A stretch of DNA of 64,000 nucleotides from Patescibacteria group bacterium (GTDB taxonomy: Bacteria > Patescibacteriota > Minisyncoccia > Phycocordibacterales > Phycocordibacteraceae). Shown piece by piece: positions 58,211 through 64,000 of this stretch. The notes under the pieces are model-generated. The model was not told the DNA's origin and made no database searches. It saw only the letters and a program-made list of their open reading frames with translations. The stretch covers positions 42,793 through 106,792 of the forward strand of contig JAGWVF010000003.1 of the NCBI GenBank assembly GCA_018971045.1, in the 5' to 3' direction. The position numbers and the translations under genes are program-made. The stretch's first letter is position 1, and each line of letters starts with the position of its first letter.

Positions 58211-60072
58211 TTCTTTCTTAGCACAACAATACTTTCTTTATTCATTGTTTCCTCTAAAGCACCTACAATATTCGTCGGGGAATTTTTGATTGGCATTCTT
58301 TTGCCCGGGATATTTCGAACAACTATATCCTCGCAAGTAAAACCGATTTTTTCTGCCAGTTCAGCAATAATAAAATCGGTTGGAATTCTAACTTGTTTTA
58401 CTAATCTATTGCCCACAACAAGACAAAAATATTTTTTAGGTTTTAAGATTGTATGTGCTTGTTTCAAACAGTCATTCAATCCAATATAAAAACTTAAAAC
58501 ATCCTTGGCTCTTACTTCATCCTGCTTTGCTATCTTCTCTAAAGATTCTTTAAGAAAGTCGGACGAAAGCATATGTGATAGGTTTTTGGTGGCTCTACCG
58601 CCAAGTAGTTCATTATCCACGCCAGAGGCATCGTTTGGGTCATTAAAAATATCAATCCACTGTGCCGAAAGACGAGAAAATTGTCCGTAAGCAACCGTGG
58701 TTCTACTATCTCCATATGGTGGAGAAGTAATAACGCAATCAATTGAATTTGGCTTTATGCCGGTTGTTTTTGATGAATCTCCATAAATAATTTTTGTCCA
58801 CGAATCTTTGTCGGCATCTTTATAAAATTCTGCCATTCCCGCTATATTTTTCTCGGCATTTTTGCGGAAGATCGCTAAGACATTCGGATCGTGTTTTTCA
58901 AGTTTCTCTCCTTTTACACGCACAAGTTTGAATTCTCCAGTTTTTGTGTTGGAGGAATAGCGAACAGTCTCACTAAAAGCAACCATTAAGAAACTTTGAA
59001 TTGATTCGTCTTTTATATCGCGTATGACTTTTTTCAACTTGGCAAGCTGAACAATTACTTTATCTTTAAACCAAAAATCTATATTCTTAAAATCTGGTCG
59101 CTTTATTTCATTATCTTTGATTTTTTCTACTCTATCAAGCAAAGCTAAATATACTTTTGTTAGTTTTTGTGGATTGATCGGGACTGTCTTTGCGTGAGCA
59201 AGAAAAATAGCCAAAGGATTAAGATCAATGCCGTAAGCATTTCTACCTATTAATCTACTTTCAACAAGAGCAGTGCCTGAACCGCAAAAAATATCACAAA
59301 TAGTGTCGCCCTTTTTGCTGTAAGTTTCTAATAATCTTCTGCCGACCTGCGGAATGAACATTGCGGGATAGGTGTGTATTCCGTGTGTATACGATTTTGT
59401 TTTTTCGCCTCTATAATCCCACGAATAATCTATTTTACGGACATATTTTTCAGTTCTTGATTGCCCTCGATCAAGTTGTGATTCAAGATTGCGAATTATT
59501 TTTACGACAACACCCCTAACTTCTACTTCGTCGCGATATATCGGGAATAAAGTCGGGTTTGCAGGTTGTAATCTAAACTTTCCATTCTCACGATAAAGTT
59601 TTTTTAGAGTTGCTTCGTTGTCATCAATTACGGCGACAACTGTTTGGCCGTTCTCTGCTACTTCTTGTTTTCGTATAACAACAATATCGCCATCAAAGAT
59701 ACCCTCATTAATCATACTGCTACCTAGAACGCGCAAAGCATAATGTTTGCCTTGCTGTCCAATTTCATCTTTTGTGATTGTGATAGTCTCGTCTGGAATT
59801 TCTATAGCTTCAATTGGCTGACCAGCGGCGATTACTCCAAGGATAGGAATCTCTATCATCTGTTTTGCCTCAACTGTCGAAACAGCACGAGGTTGGTTGT
59901 GTTCTTTGTTCAGAAATCCTGCCTCTTGTAACTTCGTGATGTAATAGTGGGAAGTAGAGACAGAGGCAAGTTTAAATTTTCGCTTGATTTCCTCAAGAGA
60001 GGGAGCATAGCCCCTCTTTGTCCTATAGGTTTTGATGAAATCAAGGACTTGTGCTTGCTTTTTTGTAAGCAT
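58207..60072 (-). CDS. fusion protein: LexA-like repressor (wHTH + S24 autopeptidase) N-terminal domain + SPPY-type (probable N4-cytosine) DNA methyltransferase
   Basis: Residues 1-195 align block-for-block with LexA: VLDFIKTYRTKRGYAPSLEEI (HTH), IPILGVIAAGQPIEA (cleavage-site region, AG), ALRVLGSSMINEGIFDGDIVVIRKQ (Ser nucleophile/Lys), VEVRGVVVKIIRNL (C-terminus). Residues ~250-621: motif I DIFCGSGT, motif IV CVITSPPYGD; single uninterrupted 621-aa frame. Confidence 0.7.
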   Translation of the reverse strand: MLTKKQAQVLDFIKTYRTKRGYAPSLEEIKRKFKLASVSTSHYYITKLQEAGFLNKEHNQPRAVSTVEAKQMIEIPILGVIAAGQPIEAIEIPDETITITKDEIGQQGKHYALRVLGSSMINEGIFDGDIVVIRKQEVAENGQTVVAVIDDNEATLKKLYRENGKFRLQPANPTLFPIYRDEVEVRGVVVKIIRNLESQLDRGQSRTEKYVRKIDYSWDYRGEKTKSYTHGIHTYPAMFIPQVGRRLLETYSKKGDTICDIFCGSGTALVESRLIGRNAYGIDLNPLAIFLAHAKTVPINPQKLTKVYLALLDRVEKIKDNEIKRPDFKNIDFWFKDKVIVQLAKLKKVIRDIKDESIQSFLMVAFSETVRYSSNTKTGEFKLVRVKGEKLEKHDPNVLAIFRKNAEKNIAGMAEFYKDADKDSWTKIIYGDSSKTTGIKPNSIDCVITSPPYGDSRTTVAYGQFSRLSAQWIDIFNDPNDASGVDNELLGGRATKNLSHMLSSDFLKESLEKIAKQDEVRAKDVLSFYIGLNDCLKQAHTILKPKKYFCLVVGNRLVKQVRIPTDFIIAELAEKIGFTCEDIVVRNIPGKRMPIKNSPTNIVGALEETMNKESIVVLRKN

Positions 60073-60243
60073 AAGAATATTATAGAAAATAAATAGAAAG
60101 TATACAAATTTAGTTATTCACAACGGATGAACTTTGTAATACACTCTTTAATTGCTGTATATTTTTATCAAAAATCGCGAAGTTAAGCCGTATTTTCGGT
60201 TCAAACTTCCGGAAATCGTCACCACACTTGATCCTGCACTCGC

Positions 60244-61725
60244 TTATATCGACGCGATGTTGTCGTAAAATTGAACGTCCTGGCGATAGCCTCCGTGTCC
60301 GTCGCCGATCGTTCGCAGGTCATCCACGAATTCTATCGATTTCAAATATTTCACCATCTTGAAGCCGAGCCGCGATTCGGCTCGTACTCTGAGCGGCGCG
60401 CCGTGCTCGAGCGGGAGCGGCTTTCCGTTCATTTCGTAAGCGAGAATTGACTGCGGCATCATCATCTCTTTAAGCGTGAAGCTCCCATAGTACTTCCGGC
60501 CTTCGACGCCTTCCGTATCGTACTTCGTATCGTACGCGTAAAATACCATGTACCGCGCCTTCGAAAACGGCTCTACCCTTTTTATAAGATCGGACACGGA
60601 CACTCCGCCCCACTTGGCGACTCCCGACCATCCCTGGATGCAATTATGCTTCGTGATTTGCTCGACTTTCGTGAATTCGCGCTTTAGATCTTCAAGCGAT
60701 AAGCTACACGGCCGCTTCACGAGCCCGCCGATCTCGAGCTTCCAGTCCTTGAAGTCATTCTCCTTAAGCGTCTGCCAATCCGCGTCTCTTGGCGGCGGGC
60801 CGTTCACGATGAAGTAGGGGGAAATATCCTTCTCCGTGTACGCTTGGCGCGAAGGAAGCCGTCCGAGAATCCGCATAAATACGTTTACGAACGGGTCGAG
60901 GATATCCTGAACGCGGCGCTGGTGGCGCAGGGTATACCACGTGATGGCTACATTCAAAAGAATCATAAAGAGGATCGCGAGCCAGAAAATGGTGATGGCG
61001 AGATTCCAGTTACCCGTCGGTCCGCCGACGGTGATATTCATGATGAGCGTTCGGCTATGCACGAACGCGACCAGCGTTACGTGGATGATGACGAAGACGA
61101 CGAAAGAAACAAACCCCAAAAAATGCAGACTGCGCGCCGCCTGCTTGCCGCCGAGCATTTTGGAGTACCAAGGGAAGCGTCCGATGAACGACGGCGACAT
61201 TCCGAGTCCGGTGATGATCTGGAGCGGCGAGAGGATGAATATGATGATGAAATAGGTAAGCTGTTGCAGAGGATCGAACGGATTGTAAGCGGCAAGAGGC
61301 GGGACGTGGAAACTGGCGTACGTGAGAAACGTGTGCCACGCGTCCGGAAAGATAGACCAGCTGACGGGCACGTACCGCAACCACTCGCCGGTTGCGAAAA
61401 GGAGCGTTACGTAGATGAAGCCGTTCGTTACCCAGAGAATCGCCGTGAAGAAATGCCAGCGCCGCGCCGCGCCGAGATTATGGCGTCCGCCGGTAATTCC
61501 CAAAACCGGATTGATCGCTTCCGCCTGATCGAGAGACGTCCAGAGCTTATCTTTGGGCATCACTTTCTTGCCGAATTTTATCCATTCGCTCCCGGGAGCG
61601 CAGTCGTCGTTCCAATACAGCATCGGGTGGTCGGCGAGAATCTGCATGCCGCTCCGCATAAGGAGCGTCATAAAAATGATATTCAAATAATGGCCGATCC
61701 GTAACCAGAGCGGGAATCCGAGCAT
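60244..61725 (-). CDS. fused b-type cytochrome membrane domain + molybdopterin-dependent oxidoreductase (sulfite-oxidase/MsrP-YedY family) domain
   Basis: N-terminal ~6 TM helices with conserved His (HYLN, WHFF, HTFLTYASFH, HFLGF, IIHVTL); C-terminal Moco domain with conserved Cys block HNCIQGWSGVAKWGGVSV. Confidence 0.55.
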   Translation of the reverse strand: MLGFPLWLRIGHYLNIIFMTLLMRSGMQILADHPMLYWNDDCAPGSEWIKFGKKVMPKDKLWTSLDQAEAINPVLGITGGRHNLGAARRWHFFTAILWVTNGFIYVTLLFATGEWLRYVPVSWSIFPDAWHTFLTYASFHVPPLAAYNPFDPLQQLTYFIIIFILSPLQIITGLGMSPSFIGRFPWYSKMLGGKQAARSLHFLGFVSFVVFVIIHVTLVAFVHSRTLIMNITVGGPTGNWNLAITIFWLAILFMILLNVAITWYTLRHQRRVQDILDPFVNVFMRILGRLPSRQAYTEKDISPYFIVNGPPPRDADWQTLKENDFKDWKLEIGGLVKRPCSLSLEDLKREFTKVEQITKHNCIQGWSGVAKWGGVSVSDLIKRVEPFSKARYMVFYAYDTKYDTEGVEGRKYYGSFTLKEMMMPQSILAYEMNGKPLPLEHGAPLRVRAESRLGFKMVKYLKSIEFVDDLRTIGDGHGGYRQDVQFYDNIASI

Positions 61726-61853
61726 AGATCCAGTATACTCCTATTCCGAATGTCGTTGTCAATTCTCACTCTACGGTGTAGTGTTGATTTGGATTGTAGT
61801 ACGGCAAATGCACAGCCGAGAAAAATGTGCATGTTCACAAACGGAGAAATAGA

Positions 61854-62210
61854 ATGGCTAGGAGTGTTATTGTGGTGTGCGATTCAATCGAAAATCGCCG
61901 GCGCAGTCTCGTTGAGCTGCTTTTATTTTATAATCATGCTGTTCACGAGGTTGACAATCCGCGCGACGCGCTTCGTGCCTCCGCGCAGTACGAGTCTGAC
62001 CTCGTGGTGATGGACGACCATATTCCGGCATCCGGGATGACCGGCCGGCAAGCCGCGAGCCTGCTCGCCAAGCGCGAGGCCGCGGTACTGATCATGACTG
62101 ATGACCCCACGAAGGCTTCCAGTCGCAGCTGGATTATGCGGCCATTTGAGCCGCAAACATTTCTCAATAAGATCAACGGACTTCTTTCGCCGGCTTTCGC
62201 GGCGAAATAA
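61854..62210 (+). CDS. atypical receiver (REC)-like domain protein
   Basis: VIVVCDS...DLVVMDDHIP...AAVLIMTD pattern of CheY fold but lacking the N-terminal acidic pair; start taken at MARSV (ORF track starts 61827). Confidence 0.4.
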   Translation: MARSVIVVCDSIENRRRSLVELLLFYNHAVHEVDNPRDALRASAQYESDLVVMDDHIPASGMTGRQAASLLAKREAAVLIMTDDPTKASSRSWIMRPFEPQTFLNKINGLLSPAFAAK

Positions 62211-62275
62211 ACAGAGAGTTCACACGGTCGCCGGCGCTTCGCGCCGGCGGTTTTCTTTCTGTGAGAGGACGGCCG

Positions 62276-62950
62276 CTACGCCTTCGCATCAGCGATGATT
62301 CTCCCGTCGTCAATCTTGACGAGCCGCTCCGCGTATCGCGCATACTCTTCCTCGTGCGTTACCATGATGATCGTTTGTCCGCCCTCGTGAAGCTCTTTAA
62401 AAATATTCATCACGACCCCTGAAGACTCTTTATCGAGATTCGCGGTCGGCTCGTCGGCGAAGAGAATCGCGGGCGCGTGAGCGATCGCCCGCGAGATGGA
62501 GACGCGCTGCTGCTCTCCTCCCGAGAGCTGGCTGGGAAGATTCGAGAGCCTTTCTCCGAGACCGACTCGATTGAGCGCCTCCCGCGCCTTCTCATTGGCG
62601 ATCGCCCGCGGGATATTTTGCATATACAGCGGAAGAGCCGTGTTCTCAAGCGCCGTCAGCTCGGGAAGAAGCGCGTAATCCTGAAACACGTACCCGAACT
62701 CGGAAAGACGGAACCGCATCTTCTCGCGCTCGCTCATGCGGCTCGTCTCCTTGCCGTCTATAACGATTTCTCCCGAAGTAGGTTCGTCAAGAAGAGATAT
62801 TTGATACAAAAAAGTGCTCTTCCCCGCCCCCGAACGGCCCATGATCGCCACGAATTCTCCTTGATCGGCCGCAAACGTAATGCCTTTCAATACATGCGTT
62901 ACGACGGTTCCGTCGGTAAACGATTTTACGATATCCTTTGCTTGAATCAT
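62276..62950 (-). CDS. ABC transporter ATP-binding protein, MacB/LolD family
   Basis: Walker A GRSGAGKST, signature LSGGEQQRVSISRAI, Walker B LFADEPTANLD; start taken at MIQAKDIV. Confidence 0.85.
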   Translation of the reverse strand: MIQAKDIVKSFTDGTVVTHVLKGITFAADQGEFVAIMGRSGAGKSTFLYQISLLDEPTSGEIVIDGKETSRMSEREKMRFRLSEFGYVFQDYALLPELTALENTALPLYMQNIPRAIANEKAREALNRVGLGERLSNLPSQLSGGEQQRVSISRAIAHAPAILFADEPTANLDKESSGVVMNIFKELHEGGQTIIMVTHEEEYARYAERLVKIDDGRIIADAKA

Positions 62951-62952
62951 GG

Positions 62953-64000
62953 CTAGTTGCGTCCGAGGATCGAATTGAGGGTATTCTTCCGAACGATCAT
63001 CCGCGACGGAAGGTACCCCGCGACGATTGTCGCCGCGACGAGGAGCACGATGCGGATGAGCGTGCCGTTCCACGGAGCTACGATGATCGCATTGCTGATC
63101 GGAAGTACGATCGGATGAGCTCCGACATAGGGCACGAGAAATCCGTATAAAAAGAGGAGTCCGACTCCGGCTCCGATCGCGGCGTAAAAGAGCGATTGAA
63201 AAACATACGCCGACTCAATCGCCGCGCCGGAAATCCCGATTCCCTTAAGAATGCCGATGAATTTGCGCCGCGTAACGGCGTTAATAAATATCACGATAAA
63301 GATCGTGATGGCCGCGACCACGAGCCCGACCGAGCTGATCGCGTCGCCGATCAAAGCGAAGGTGTTTTTCACATCCGCGATACCGTTCGGCATCGCGTCG
63401 TCAAAGGTGCGGATTTTCGCATTGGCGCCGATCCCGCTTCGCTTCAAGACGTCGCGGAACGCGGACGGATCGGTTCCGCGGGTAAGGAGAATCGCGATTT
63501 CATTCACGGCATAATCGGTACGCCCCATGAGCATCCGTACCTCCTCGGACGGCATAAACGCGCGCATGGCCAGCGGCGAGTTCGCCGGAACCGAAAGAAT
63601 GCCTTTTACGATCACTTCGCGAGTGTTTCCGTTGATAACCAGACGGACCTTCGTACCTGGATACACATTCCTCAGCGGCGTCAACCCGGGGAATTGTCCG
63701 AATGAATACCGGTCTATCAACTGCGGCCCGAGTAGCACCTCGTCGTAATCTCCGGGAGATAAATACGCGCCCTCGTGCACGTATTTAGATAAATCGGAAA
63801 AAGAATTCTCGGCTACGGCGTCTATGCCGCTTATGACCACTCCCGTTTTATTCGGTTTCGCATTTACGTCGCGAGAAAGATAGTTGGCTTCGAGCGTGCC
63901 GTTCGCCACATACCGCGCAGTAACGCCCGCGACGCCCGGCAAAGACTTGATAAACGCGATGACCTGCGGGCTGTTCTCTATGAAATCTTTTTCATCGAGC
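62953..64000 (-). CDS. ABC transporter permease, FtsX/MacB family (5' end beyond window)
   Basis: C-terminal FtsX bundle (GILKGIGISGAAIESAYVFQS...); reading frame stays open to the window edge, so the N-terminus lies outside. Confidence 0.75.
   Translation of the reverse strand, partial: LDEKDFIENSPQVIAFIKSLPGVAGVTARYVANGTLEANYLSRDVNAKPNKTGVVISGIDAVAENSFSDLSKYVHEGAYLSPGDYDEVLLGPQLIDRYSFGQFPGLTPLRNVYPGTKVRLVINGNTREVIVKGILSVPANSPLAMRAFMPSEEVRMLMGRTDYAVNEIAILLTRGTDPSAFRDVLKRSGIGANAKIRTFDDAMPNGIADVKNTFALIGDAISSVGLVVAAITIFIVIFINAVTRRKFIGILKGIGISGAAIESAYVFQSLFYAAIGAGVGLLFLYGFLVPYVGAHPIVLPISNAIIVAPWNGTLIRIVLLVAATIVAGYLPSRMIVRKNTLNSILGRN

Larger units (their letters stand above)
57466..60243. other. 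AT-rich (~35% GC) restriction-modification island inserted immediately 3' of tRNA-Ser
   Basis: Abrupt composition change from ~62% to ~35% GC starting right after the tRNA; contains REase + MTase; host-like composition resumes at ~60244. Confidence 0.6.

Noticed and set aside
60073-60243. Possible SOS (LexA/Cheo) box upstream of the LexA-MTase gene (e.g. CTGTATATTTTTATCA near 60150)
   Set aside because: Only a half-site match to CTGT-N8-ACAG and no GAAC-N4-GTTC palindrome. Too weak to call without a motif scan against the host's own LexA regulon.

Overview
The window is a compact, mostly high-GC (~60-65%) bacterial chromosomal segment. Genes are tightly packed, often with 4-bp overlaps, and there is a large type IV pilus/competence cluster. 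This is compatible with a small-genome lineage such as high-GC Patescibacteria/CPR, but the phylum cannot be proven from sequence alone.

Core content, in order:
- A DoxX membrane protein, homospermidine synthase-like gene, and a glycerate kinase / PEP synthase / enolase / 2-hydroxyacid dehydrogenase operon.
- zwf (glucose-6-phosphate dehydrogenase) placed divergent to an ECF sigma factor. The sigma operon continues with an anti-sigma-like membrane protein and a minimal Nqr/Rnf-like redox module: an NqrC/RnfG-type FMN-binding protein with a flavinylation motif, plus an RnfD/NqrB-like membrane domain fused to an FNR-like FAD/NAD(P)H domain.
- A MacA/MacB-type tripartite ABC efflux system.
- A MarR, MFS and two-adaptor efflux operon.
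- A Tat-secreted glycoside-hydrolase-like protein.
- A copper module: CopA, an HMA-domain membrane protein and a cupredoxin.
- gatCA, ligA, and a 12-kb type IV pilus locus (three tandem pilA genes, minor pilins, pilD, pilC, pilT, receiver, pilB, pilMNO) with divergent comF.
- A fused cytochrome b / molybdopterin oxidoreductase, and another MacB-type ABC pair cut by the window edge.

Two compositionally foreign regions stand out.
- Island 1 (~26.3-40.0 kb) is a mosaic, lower-GC island whose right end abuts the 3' end of an initiator-like tRNA(CAT). It carries a second ECF sigma/anti-sigma pair and a six-gene nucleotide/peptide-modifying operon: CYTH, S66 LD-carboxypeptidase, P-loop kinase, nucleotidyltransferase, NUDIX-pyrophosphatase fusion, S51 peptidase. 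It also carries APH, ASCH, Fic, nucleotidyltransferase and SAM-methyltransferase genes. These are interspersed with three copies of a structured ~65-110 bp hairpin repeat.
- Island 2 (~57.5-60.2 kb) is a ~35% GC insert immediately 3' of tRNA-Ser(GCU). It encodes an MvaI/BcnI-like restriction endonuclease and a DNA methyltransferase whose N-terminus is a complete LexA-like repressor/S24 autopeptidase domain. This fusion is the most unusual feature I can see.

No CRISPR array, rRNA, integrase or transposase was recognised. Many short antisense ORFs in the ORF track are high-GC frame artefacts and were ignored.
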